A stretch of DNA of 64,000 bases from positions 22,878,001 through 22,942,000 of the forward strand of contig OZ024764.1 in the NCBI GenBank assembly GCA_964016885.1. The letters are read 5' to 3'. Shown one piece after another: positions 37,654-50,009 of the stretch (its first letter is position 1; every line of letters begins with the position of its first letter). The notes under the pieces were generated by a model. That model was not told the DNA's origin and did not search any database. It worked only from the letters and a program-made list of their open reading frames with translations. This stretch comes from Eledone cirrhosa. Lineage: Eukaryota. The position numbers and the translations under genes were made by a program.

Positions 37654-40117
37654 CTACATATGAAAGTCTGCTGTCCAGGTTGGTGGTTTACGACTTCTTT
37701 GCGAGATCCGCAGTGTTGGGGCAGCACTTTGGGTTTCCTCTACCTCGGAGTCCGTTGACACAGTGATTCTACGGACATCCAGGACATGACGTGGAACTCC
37801 GTCCATGGACACATTGTTCTGGGAATTTACGGCCGTCACTGTTCCCCTTCCCCATTGAGATGTGCAACGTGCATCTGGGGGCTTAACCCAGACTTCCTCG
37901 CCCACCTGCACGGGTGCCACCACTCGTATCTGAATACTGCTCTGTGTGGCACCGATTCCTCGACCTGTCCCACCCAAGGGGACATGTTGTACCAGAACAC
38001 TGCCTCCATTGGTGAGATATGGCCCCGCTCCGCCATTGCCTTGATCGTCCGGTGGTGTCGCTCCACAATTCCATTCCCGCTCGGCATGTGCGCTGCTCTG
38101 AAGAAACGGTCCACCTTCCATCCATCGAGCATCTCCCTCAGCGCCTCCGAGCGGAACGCTGCGCTGTTGTCCATCAGCAGTTCGTCCACAGGGCCCCGCT
38201 CCAAGAACACCTCTCTCAACGTCCGCATGATTTCCTCGCCCGTTCCAGTCTTCATCTCCCTCCATATCGCCTTCCGTCCTGGTCCACAGTCGACCATCGA
38301 GAGGTACATTCCCTGTCGGTAGTGCGTTACATCCACCGCCAATCGTTTCCAGTCGCGATCCACTGGGAGGCTTCCCGTTTCGTGTACACCCGGGGTGGAT
38401 CAAGGGACTGACATCGGATGCAGCCTCTAACCACCCTTTGAACACTGTGACTGTTAACGTCCGAGTCGATTCTCCTGGCTAGGAACAGGCTCCTATCCAC
38501 TCCCATGTGGTGCATGTCATGCAACCCTTTCAGATCCGACTCGGTCAGCCGACACACGGCAGCTATCTCATCTTCTACCTCCTCCGGCGCTTCCATCCAG
38601 GCTTTCTTCACCCTAGTTAAGATGTCCGCCCTATTTTTCTCTGAGGGCACGAAAACTACGCTCAGCCTCAGAACGAACTCGGTGGCCAGCTCTCCTAAAG
38701 TTCCCAGGCGGCGCTTTATCAGCATCTCCACCGCGCCTCTCGTTCGCACTCTCTTCTCACTGGTGAGCACTGATCTCACCCATCCGAGTACAGTAGCCGA
38801 GTCGGTGCGTATCTCGATGGTGCGCAGTCCCCACCTCAGGGCGAGGTTCACCCCTCTCAACACTGCATCCTCGACCTCAACACCTCCTATCTCCAACGTG
38901 ACACCCAGCGCTATGCTGCTGGCATCGCACCATACGGTCCCGCTCTGTGATTTGGGAACATACCAGCGTCGCCGCACTGGGTCGTCGGCTTTCACCCTCC
39001 CCACGATCTCCTGCATCATGGCCACCGTCCTCTCTCCCACTCGTCTCTTGACATAGCTGCATGCCGTCCGGAGCCACCCAGCAATCGGGTAGTGACCCAC
39101 CAACTTTCCACACACCGAGAAAAGCTCCCGCCTACTCATACTTGGGCCCAGTTCTGGAACTTCATTTCCCCTCTGGAATACCAAGACGCCCGTCCTGTCT
39201 CGCCGTAGCCTAAGTCCCAGTGCGGCTCCTCCCTCCAACGCTTCTGACGGCTTCGCAGCCAGTCCATACCCCTGTAAATGGCTCGTGACCTCCGCCGCCG
39301 CCACCACAGACTCGTCCACTAGGATGTCGTCAATATAGGAGTTAGTGGCCCACTTCATCTTGTCGGCCTTTCCCAGAATGGTCTTGAGGACCGCCGCCAT
39401 GATCTTCGGTGCGGAGCTCAGCCCGAATCCGAGCTTGGTCAGGCAATATGTCCGGCCCTTATACCTGACCAGCTGATACTGCCAGAGCTTCTCATCTATA
39501 TGCAATTGCAAGTATGCCGACTTTAGATCTACGATTGCTGAACCCCCCGTCATGCGTCTCCACTCACGCAGGGTTTCCCCACAGACATCCGTGACCTCTC
39601 CACCCGTGTGGCATGACAGGTGCTCGTTCAGCTCCCGAAAGTCCAGCACCGGCCTCACCTTGTTCTTCGTGGGTTGCGCCACCGCCATTAACGGCAATAC
39701 TCTGCACTTCACCTCCTCTTTCCAGGGAAGCAGTATGCCCTCCTCAATCCATCTCTCTACCTCTCGCTCGAACTCGCTCCTAATAGTTTCCTTTCAATGT
39801 GTGTTGATAGCAGCCCACTTTGGTCTTCAGTGTTGGTGGTTCTCACTTCCAGTACCACTCAACAACCCATCGAACACGGCCTTGAAGTCTTTGTCCTGCA
39901 CAGTGTAAGCGGGGTATTTCTCCTCGTGGGCCTTCTGGTTGTCCTGTCGCGCACTCACAGCGCATACCGATGCAGCGGCGCCAAACGACACACCGACGTT
40001 GTTCACTGTGACGCCTCCTAGACGGCCAATTGCGTCCATGCCCATAGCCACGCCGATCCCATCCACCTTACTTTCCTTCCCCGTACCGCTATTTCCATCT
40101 CGCTGCGATCTCAGCAT
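37654..40117 (-). pseudogene. pol (protease remnant, RT, RNase H, integrase), frameshifted
   Basis: VRPVLDFRELN, DLKSAYLQL, LGFGLSSAP, SYIDD, WCDASS, HDMHH..CIRC, LAVDVTH, LLMDNS, NGIVERHHRTIK. Confidence 0.88.
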
Positions 40118-40317
40118 TCAATTTTCCTGCCGTCGACTGCCCTTACGCTGCTCTTCCCTCTCCACCTCTGCGCCATCAGTGTCGTCAAACAGCCCGTGTC
40201 CACGAGTGCTCGCTGTGGCTTTCCCCTCACGAAGACTTCCACCACGGGCAGCGCCTCTACTCGTAAGGGGAAACTACCGGCGCAGTAGTTCCCCTTGGAT
40301 TGTTTCCCTGGTCGCAG

Positions 40318-40992
40318 TTAATACCGGTAGCATATTATTTCCAGCCTTGACTCTCTGCAGTCTCTAGCCATGTGCGGTCCCTGGCACCAAAAACAGCGAC
40401 CCCTAAACGTTCGCGGGCGATCGCGTGCCGCGGTTGCCTCCCTTTCACCATTTCGCTGCCAGCTGTCTTGAGCCTCTGTAGTTGCTATCGCTGCAACACT
40501 CTTCTTGGCATCTTCTGCTATGATCCAGGCTTGTTCCACCAGTGAATGCATTTCCATTTCTTTGTAACCCGGGACTTGCTGCAGTTTCACCGCTATGTCG
40601 TCTGGAAATCCATTTAAGAACGCCAACCGCACCGTGCATTCGCATTCCACCTGATATCCAGCCAACATGGCCAATCGCCGTATTTCCGCTGCGAAAATTT
40701 CAACGCGTTCACCGTTCCATCTAATTCTTGCTAGCTTAGCGAAAGCGGCTAACGGTGCCTCTGCGAACGCTTCCATCATGCGCCTCTCAATCTTTTGCGC
40801 ATCTCTTTCGCTGTGTTCGTCCAACTCAAGGAAGAGTACCAACGCGTCCCCCTCGAGGTACAGTGCCATGAGGCCAGCCACATCTTCTATCTTCTGCAAG
40901 CTTGCGACCAGCCGGACTTTTCGCAGCCAAGCGACATCAACTACCCCGGTAAATGCCCTGATAGCTTCGCTTGTTCGTAGTCTTGTCGCCAT
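40318..40992 (-). pseudogene. gag-like ORF with CCHC knuckle
   Basis: 224 aa ending CFWCQGPHMARDC; a second knuckle is broken (ICYRY*). Confidence 0.8.
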
Positions 40993-41402
40993 CTTCTAAT
41001 TTGTCTTGCGGTACGTGATAAAAAAAAAACAACAGACTTCTCTTTGTTTTTCCAGTAGCTTTATTTATTTATTTTTTTTCAATCAGATCTCAGTTTCCAG
41101 TGCCGAAATAGCTTGTGGTTAGAAAAAGCTATCTCACCGCTTTTCATAGGCGCCGCTAAATTCCACTGCTGGTCTCTCCTCTCCCACGTGCATCCAACTC
41201 CTTAACACCGGGAGATGCCAAAACTCGCGTCTACACCGTTGCTGGTCACCACTAGAGAGGGCCATCTGCTGGCCCTTCCGGTCGAGCATCCTTCCGGCCA
41301 AGCACCCTTCCGGTCGAGCAATCCCCCGCTTCCGGCCACCGCACGCCACACCATACCCAGGTTTTTATTACAAACTTCACATAATTTAATTCGGTAAAAA
41401 TA

Positions 41403-41548
41403 TTTACGTCACAAAAAAACTTGACCTTTGACATTGAAGCATGCGCAGTGATGCAGTTGTCGACTTCCTGTCTACGTGTCAGTCTTCCTACAACATCATT
41501 TAGAAAACATTTCTGTAAATACTAAACACCTGAGACTATAATGTAAGT
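41403..41548 (+). promoter_or_regulatory. Putative promoter and exon 1 of G2, donor at 41543
   Basis: Paralog of 8335-8467 with extra TTGACCTTTGAC and CACGTG changed to TACGTG. Confidence 0.6.
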
Positions 41549-42234
41549 ATTATGTCTATTAATATTGTAGATTTAAGCTCACTTTTCACATCACAAATAT
41601 ATATTTTCTTGTTTGTTTCATTACTGGAAATATAAAATGTTATCGTAATTATCTATATTTTACCTACCTCTAATTAATTAAAGTGAAAACTTTTGTTGTT
41701 GCTGAAAAATAAATTAACTAAACTAAATATTTAAATATTCTAAAGGTCGTTTTTATATTATGTGATGATATAATTAATATATTTTATTACAATTGTATAA
41801 ATTTACAGTAGAATAACGTTGTAAATATGTTTTAAATATATACATAAATAACATAAGTGTGTAAATAACATTAGAACTTGCTGGCAATTCCTTGAGAAAG
41901 ACATTACAAATATATTGTCTAAACTGTGTATAATAATATAATTTATTGAACAATAATGATAAAGGAAAGAAAAACACAGTGGGAGATGGCATTTGACCAC
42001 CAAGTGTGATAATAGGCCACACCTCACACCTTAGGGGTTAACTACACACTTTGAGGCAAGCCAACACACTGGCAGCATTACTAAGGTGTTGAAATAACCA
42101 GGTACCCTCACGGGTATCACCTGGTACCTCGGTAAGGCGAGGCTAATGTGCTGAAATAACCAGGTACCCTCACGGGTATCACTTACACCTCAGTAAGGTG
42201 AGGCTAAGGTACTGAAATAACCAGGTACCATCAC

Positions 42235-42592
42235 GGAAACGACTAGATTTGTAGAAAAAGTAGGGTGAAAGTATACGAAGAGATATAGTTTCACAGATCT
42301 ACTCACACCTCACGTTGGGTGGGAAATAATTATTTTTCTTAGATTTTTTTCTAGACCCCTTTTCAATATTTTCTCTCAACCCCTTAGATACTTGCAATAG
42401 ACGTTTTATTCCCCGGTATTAGGGTTAGGGTTTCCGTTTTCAGGAAGAAAAGTCGATTGCAAACATCTAAGAGGTCGAGAAATGAAATTAAGGAAAGATA
42501 ATTATTTCCCAGCCAACTGGAGAAGTGTGTAGCTCTTCTAAACTCTGATAATCCTGTTTCCCACTTCTTTATCTACAAAGCTAGTCGTTTCC
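42235..42592. mobile_element. Palindromic MITE, copy 2
   Basis: Paralog of 9279-9636. Confidence 0.8.
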
Positions 42593-43138
42593 TGCTACTT
42601 TGAAGGCCCTATTTATTGATAACACCACTTGTAAATCTTTGTCAACTTTTCATACGTAAATTGTGAATCAGTTATTTTTAAACAAACTATCAAAGAAGTA
42701 ATCTCACAGTAACTGTGTTTGATTTAATCAACTTATTCCCCCCAAACATTGTCGACCTTGTGTCTAAATCAGAAACTATTATTAGATCTTAAATCAACCT
42801 CGTAAAGATGAAGGGCAAAGCTAACCTCGGCGGGATTTCAACCCTTTATGTTATGAGTTCAAATCCCACCAAAGTTAACTTTGTCTTTCATTCTAACGGG
42901 GTGGATAAATTAAAGTTCCAGTAATCTACTGGGGTCTGAGATATTAAGGTTTGAGTAGATTCTATCTTTTGTGTTTTTGTATTTATAATCTTACTAGAAC
43001 ACCTGTGACCTGTTGGGTCACGTTCCCTTTAAAAATAATATTTAAATAATTAAAATATACACAGACGTGTATATAATGTAAAATGAAATTATTAGGCCCA
43101 TATATATATAATTATATATATGCGTGTGTGTGTATATA

Positions 43139-43982
43139 CAGGGTGTGGACGATATTTGTTCGCAATTTTCAACTGCTAAATTTATGCAAATTTTTTTTAC
43201 TTCCGTTGTCACTCTTGTCTTCATAAAAACAGTGACTATATTTCCATTATTTATTTTCCGAATAATTGATTATGAATAATTTTGAACCTCCAAATTTGTG
43301 GAAGAGACAGAGTTCCTCTTGGAATCCGCGCCTGGAGAACAAATAAGGACCAGAAGATCAACTCCCAGAACAACAGGTGGCTCGCTGTCTCATCCAAAGA
43401 CCTGCCCAGAGTCATGCAGACAAAGTTTCCAGCGACAACATTGGTGTCATCAGCAGTCAAGGTGACGTCAAGCCACCTCACTTCTTCCCTGAGGACCTCA
43501 AGCTGAACACCGATGGCTACATCCACGTTCTGAGCGAGGTAGATAAGCCCTGGATCGATCAGGTAGCTGCAGGTAGGCTGTACGTGTGGCAGCAAGACCC
43601 AAGCCTTGCTGTCAGAGAACTTCGTCGACCACACTTCACCTGACATCTGGCCTCCCAGCTCGCCTGACTGCAACCACCTCGACTTCTTTGTGTGGGGCGC
43701 AGTGGAACGAGACACCAACAGATGTAGCTGCAATACGAAAGACGATCTGAAGGCCAGGATCACAAGTGCCTTTAGGGGCCTAAGTCGGGGGACAGTGGCA
43801 AAGGCCTGTAGCTGGTTCCGAGGCCGTCATCAAAGCCAATGGCTGGTTTATGGAGTGAGATCGAAAGAACAAGTCATGAAGACAAACTGACACAAGTTTG
43901 ATAAATATATCTTAAAAAATAAAACTACTGTCTTATTTTTTCCTAGACAGTAATCTTGCGAACAAATATCGTCCGCACCCTG
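43139..43982 (+). mobile_element. Internally deleted Tc1/mariner element (maT/DD37D-like), 844 bp
   Basis: TA|CAGGGTGTGGACGATATTTGTTCGCAA...TTGCGAACAAATATCGTCCGCACCCTG|TA (27-bp TIR, 1 mismatch); VWQQD and WPPSSPDCNHLDFFVWG motifs. Confidence 0.92.
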
Positions 43983-44079
43983 TATATATGTGTGTGTGTC
44001 TGTGGCCTTAATACCCTAGTCACAGACACACTCATACACACACACACACAAGTAATAATTTCGTTCAACAACATGAGGG

Positions 44080-45180
44080 CGTGGGGGCATATTGTCTATA
44101 TGCTTCAGCTTCAGCTTGTACCCGTGGGGTGGTCGGGTCTTCTGTATTACTGCATGACGCCAAAGGTCACGGTCGTGTGTCATCGCCTTTGAGAGGTGTA
44201 ATTGGGTAAGGTCGGCTTTTATCACCTCATCCCAGGTCTTCTTGGGTCTCCCCACTCCACGGCTTCCATCGACTTCTAGTGCTCTGCACCTTTTTATGCA
44301 GCTGTCATCCTTCATACGCATCACATGTCCATACCAACGCAACCGCCTCTCCTGCACACAGCATTTGATTCCTCTTATGCTCAGTCTCTCTCTCAATTCG
44401 TTTATGCTTTGCCGTTCACGTATATTACTATTACACATCCAACAGAGCATGCAGGCTTCATTTCTTTCTAATCTACGTAAGTCTTCCACCTTCAGCACCC
44501 AGGTCTCACTACCATGCAACATTGCTGTTTGTATGCACGCATCATACAGTCATGAACTTCTTCCATCCCATTCTTACCCTAGTCATTGTACTTTCCGAAC
44601 ACCCACCTCCGCTCCTAATTCGGTCACCTGGGTAGCAGAAGCTGTCTACTGTTTCTACAGAGCCCTCTCAGAGATTGGTGGTACTTATTTCCTGTGGCTG
44701 TTTGCTGCTTGCTGTCCCAGCACAACTGCTACATGTGAAGCATGCTACATTCTTAATTAAGCTTCCTGAGATCCCGCTACATCTCTTGTGTACCCATTGT
44801 TTGTATTTGGGGCAGAGGACGGAGTTCCTACCTACACCTTTCCCACATACTAAGCAAGGCCATTTCCCTGAGGGATCTGGGTTCGGCTTTCTCGTCTACT
44901 TACAAAGACTTTAGTCTTTGTCAGGTTGACTTTGAGACCCTTTCTTTCTAGTCCCTGCTTCCAAGTTTGGAATTTCTTCTCTAGTTCTACCATAGAGTCA
45001 GCTATAAGTGCAAGGTCATCTGCATACAGGAGTTCCCATGGGCATCCGGTCTTAAACTCCTCCGTTATTGCCTGCAGAACTATGATGAACAGGAGAGGGC
45101 TAAGAACAGAGTCCTCTCTCTAGTCATTGCTAATGCTAACTCTGCTGACTGCTCCCCTATACATGGCTGGTACAGCTTTC
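44080..45180 (-). mobile_element. RTE LINE fragment
   Basis: LHGSETW...RRLRWYGHVMRM...GRPKKTW and WELLYADD; same family as 27923-28602. Confidence 0.88.
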
Positions 45181-45469
45181 ACATTTCGGGGTCAACTTCC
45201 TTTCAGGGTCAACTTCCTTTCAAACTATTTTCCCATTATACCCCGTTTTGGCTGTATTACATTAGAGACAAGACACAATCACAGAGTTTTAGGTTTATAA
45301 TGTTATAGTATCATGATAGGGTAATACAGTTATTTATAGACCTGTGGTAAATGTTGGTTCAGTGCACCCTGGGGGATGTTAGTGTTGGTTCAGTCCACCC
45401 TGGGGGGTGTAAGTGTTGGTTCAGTCTACCCTGAGGGGTGTCAGTGTTGGTCAATGATAACTTTTATAA

Positions 45470-48466
45470 CTAGAGACCTGTTGGTGAGGACAAGCTGGAA
45501 GTGGTGACATCTTTCTGCTACCTGTGTGACATGTCAGCTGGAAGTGGAGCCAAGTTCACTGCCATTGTGCTGTGCCACTCCACAGGTAACAAGTTTAGGC
45601 AGCTTCTCCTAGACATGCTGGCTACCATTAGACACCATGGGGCAGATTTATAACACCTGTGGGAGAAGTGTGTTGTTTCATGCCAGCGAGACCTGGGCCA
45701 TGTTATCTGACTGTCTGAATTGACTCTGAAGAAATGACAGAGCTATGATCCACTGGATGTGTAATGTGACCATTGAGGATGATGTCAGCTCAACTGAGCT
45801 CTTAAAAAAACTGCTGATCGACAACCTCAAGGATGTGTTTCACAGGAGACACATGCACTGGTATGGCCATGTTGTGCATTCTCTCTCAACTCATCTATGC
45901 TTGGTCGTTGATGCACATTGACATTGCACATCCAACGGAGCATACTTGCTTCATTTCTCTCCAGCCATCGCATATCCTCCACAGTTGCTGTCCATGTCTC
46001 ACTACCATGCAGCATCACACATCTCACGCAGGCATCACCAGCCATTCGTTCTTAGGGAGAAACCCTTCTTTGTCAACAGAGGAAGCAGCTCCCTAAATGT
46101 CTTCCAACCCGTCCTTATTCTAAATACTATGGTCTCACAACACCCTCCCCCCTTGTGCTAATCTGATCACCTAGGTATCAGAAGCTATCAACCACCTCTG
46201 TAGATCCTACCTGCATTTGAAAAATGTGTCTCACTGCAACTTCTACTGTCAAATTTCCCTGTACATCTACTGCATATGTAGTTTTGCCTACCTGTTAGTT
46301 TGCCTGCTATCCCACTACATTTCTTGTGTACCCAAAATCTGCATTGTGTACATTATAGAATTTATGCCAGTTCCTTTTCTACATATTGAACAAGGCCATT
46401 TCCCTGATGGAATGACAGTTTTGTCCTCTTTTCTACTCATCAACACTTTAGTCTTAGCTAGGTTCACTCTCAGTCCTCTTGATTCCAACTGCTGTTGCAA
46501 TAGCCAGAATTTATTCTCTAGCTCCTCTCCTGATTCTGCTATAAGAACCATATCGTCAGCATAGAGAAGTTCCCATGGGCACCTAGTCTTAAACTCCTCT
46601 GTTATGACTTGGAGGACTATAATGAACAAGAGCGGGCTGAGGACCGAAACCTGATGTACTCCTGCATCTGTAATTCCTCACTAAACTCCATGCCTACCCT
46701 CACTTTACTGACAGCACCTCTGTACATAGCTTGCACTGTCTTCACAAGCCATTCCTCTACACCTAGTTTCCTTAGGGACCACCAGATGACAGATTGGGGT
46801 ACTCTATCAAAGGCCTTCTCTAGGTCAACAAAAACTAAGTATAGTGGTTTTCTTCTCTAAGAACCTCTCTTGTAGTTGTCTCACTAAGAAGAGGGCATCT
46901 GTTTGACTCTTTCTCTAAGTTGTGCTAGTATTCTTTCTGTCACTTTCATAACCTGATCCATCAGTTTTATGCCCTTATAATTACTCCCCTCCAGAACATC
47001 CCCTTTACCTTTACCTCAATTTATGAGAATACTGCTGCACCAGTCTTTGGGTATGACACCACCATATATAGCTTGATTAATGATGCATGCAACCAGTTTA
47101 ATTCCTACTTCTCTTGATGCCTTCAGCATCTCAGCAACTATCCCCAACAGTCCAGCGGACTTACCATTTTCATTTCCTTAATTGGACCCTATAGTCGTCA
47201 ATCTCAATAGCTGGTCCTTCTGTCGGGTCTACTGAAGGTAGCTCCCCTCCTATTCATTCTCCACATTCATCAGTCTCTCATAATGACATTTCCAGGCCTC
47301 CTTTTTTTTAAGAATCAGTGACACTAAGTGCACCAACATCCTGATTTACACTGACACACTGCCTTGCAATGTGGATCACTGCACATCTCTGATCTCCCCA
47401 TCGCAGGACATTGGCAAACCTACTCTCAGCCTCCCTGCATGTTAAGTAGGCCTGACATCTAGCTTCTCTCTTAGCGGCTGTGAATCGGTCTCTACCCCTA
47501 CCATTTTCCAAGCCTTTTGTCTCTAATGGCTCTATCTACCGTGCTGTTCCACCACCAGGTCACTCTCTGTCTGGTTGGAGCTCTGCTCCAGCCACAGGTT
47601 TCAGTAACCTGCAGTAAGTTGTTACGTAAGCAATTCCAGTTATCATCTATGTCATACGACTCTAAATCGTCTTCCTTTTCGTCATACACATCTTGAAGGG
47701 CTTTCCTGAATTCATATTTTAGTGAAAGGTCTTTTAGTTTCCAGACCTTCCTTTTTCACACTTTCTTGTATGTCTCACTTTGTCTCTTGCTTAATGAGAT
47801 GTCACTAACGAATTACCTATGTTGGTGGGTTACATTGTTCCCTGGGGTATGCCTTAGTATTTGACACCATCTGTCTCTCTTGCTCCCTAACTAGCAAGAA
47901 GTCAATCTGTCTCATGTGCTCACCTGATTGGTAGGTTATTAGGTGGTTGGTAGGTTTCTTTAAGTATTGCAAATGGTTAGTTCACTTGCATCACAAAATA
48001 CAAGAAGCCTCACTCTTTCTTCGTTTCTTGAGCCATAACCATGACCACCATGTACCCCAGTGTATCCATCCTGGAGCTGTCCAACATGACCATTGAAGTC
48101 CCCTGCTATTATAACTAGGTCTCTGTCATTGAGGTTATCTCTACTTATTCCTTTTCTACATATGGAGCAGGGCCACTTTCCTGAAGGTGTCAGGGTCTTC
48201 TCTCCTATCCATTAGCACTTTAGTTTTGGCTAAGTATATTCTCAGAACTTACCATTTCAAATTCTATATCTATAGCTGGTCATCTACATAGAGAAGTTTC
48301 CATAGACAGCCAGTCTTAAACCTCTCTGTTATGGCTTGGAGAACTATGATGAACAACAGTGGGCTGAGAACTAAACCATGATGAACTCCTACCTGTACCT
48401 TCAATTCCTCACTAAACACACTTTACTGACAGTTTCTCACAAGCCATTCTTCTACACCTAATTTCC
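45470..48466 (-). mobile_element. Convergent RTE fragments of the G2 intron (+ strand piece to ~45878, then minus-strand APE-RT relic)
   Basis: Paralog of 10650-13975 without the internal duplication; PWELLYADD retained. Confidence 0.88.
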
Positions 48467-48470
48467 TTAA

Positions 48471-48678
48471 CCCTTTAGTATATAAACTGGCCAAATCTGG
48501 CCAGACTTCTCCCACATCTTTCTGTTCAAACTGGCCGTAACTGGTCACTTATACTTATGTTAAGGTATTGTTCTCAAAATAAGTAACATCAAAATCTCAT
48601 AGATTTGATATTATGTGAGATAAAGCATTTACTGTGAAAATATAATAGTAAATATAGAGTAATGTGAATACTAAAGGG
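48471..48678. mobile_element. piggyBac-type MITE, copy 2
   Basis: TTAA|CCCTTTAGTAT...ATACTAAAGGG|TTAA. Confidence 0.85.
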
Positions 48679-48679
48679 T

Positions 48680-49055
48680 TAATCTAATCTCACTAATAAC
48701 TACTTTTATCAGTCACTTTAATCTAATGTCACTAATAACTACTTTTATCAGTCAGTATAATCTAATGTCACTAATAACTACTTTTATCAGTCAGTTTAAT
48801 CTAATGTCACTAATAACTACTTTTATCAGTCAGTATAATCTAATGTCACTAATAACTACTTTTATCAGTCAGTATAATCTAATGTCACTAATAACTACTT
48901 TTATCAGTCAGTATAATCTAATGTCACTAATAACTACTTTTATCAGTCAGTATAATCTAAAGTCACTAATAACTACTTTTATCAGTCAGTTTAATCTAAT
49001 GTCACTAATAACTACTTTTATCAGTCAGTTTAATCTACTACCACTAATAACTAAC
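48680..49055. repeat. 39-bp minisatellite, about 9.5 units, no LINE
   Basis: Same unit, uninterrupted. Confidence 0.95.
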
Positions 49056-50009
49056 CTATGTTAGGCAGCACATTCTTCACTAAAGAAGGCCTTAGTATTT
49101 ATTAGAGTCCATTTATCAATATAGAAATATTATATGACATTTGTACTGATGTATTACAAGTTTCTGAGTATCTTATAATGTTCTTTTATTATTTCAGAAT
49201 ACCAGAGGACATTGGCATTAAAGAGCACGTTACATCAGACATATCCTCAATATTTACCATTTCTAAAATATTACCCATCATTTTCAAATAATTTTGAAAA
49301 CACTCAACACTTTGAAGGGATTTAATAATATAACTAAATTTCTCAGTATTAAGCTGCTATTTGGAACATAACTTTGCACAATTTCATGAAGTTACAATGG
49401 AAAGTTTTTAGATAAATATAAAGACTGGTATGAAAATGATAAAACACTTTTATATCAGTTGTTTCATCAACACCATTATTTAAAGACTAAAGGAAGCTGT
49501 TATACAGAACAGATACAACCTTGTTTATATAAATCTATGAGAGAAATACTGGGAAATATTTCTTGTAAACTCAATAACACTTCTATTCTTTGCTGTCTGG
49601 AATATGTAGAAGATACAAAATAAAGCAGAAGAAATTTACACATGATTTTGTAAGATCTTCATATATTGACAAAGATGATAGTTGATGGAACTACAGGAGT
49701 AGAAATATTTCCATTATTACAGGAATAACTAATCAAATAAAAACCAAAAAGATTAGATTCTTCACTGTCTGGAATATGTACAAGATGATTTTATATGTAT
49801 ATTAAACTTGAAGAGATCTACAAAACAGTTTGTATCATCTTTAAATATAAAGAAAGACCAAGTTGATGGAAATATATCTGGAGGAATATGTTTTAGGAAT
49901 AACATTATAAACATAAAGAAGAAAAATATCCATATATTGACAGAAGAAAAATATTAAAACTGTGAATTATGTGTGAAACTGAGGTCATTGATATCTTTTA
50001 GTAGGAGTT

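Larger units (their letters stand above)
37395..41358 (-). mobile_element. LTR retrotransposon, gag-(PR)-RT-RH-INT order, decayed
   Basis: Direct repeats ~37395-37612 and ~41126-41358; poly-G PPT (C run 37608-37622); gag CCHC, RT YIDD, RNase H DAS/TDS, HHCC and DDE integrase; visibly GC-rich. Confidence 0.92.
42994..45292 (-). mobile_element. Reverse Helitron-like element split by nested mariner and RTE insertions
   Basis: Ends match 10039-10180 and 10410-10503. Confidence 0.65.

Noticed and set aside
37400-41000. GC-rich island as bacterial contamination or horizontal gene
   Set aside because: Fully explained by gag-pol of an LTR retrotransposon embedded in host cassette sequence
37256-41362. 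CCAGG as TSD of the LTR element
   Set aside because: Does not coincide with definable TG..CA termini, and the flanks do not rejoin into the paralogous sequence
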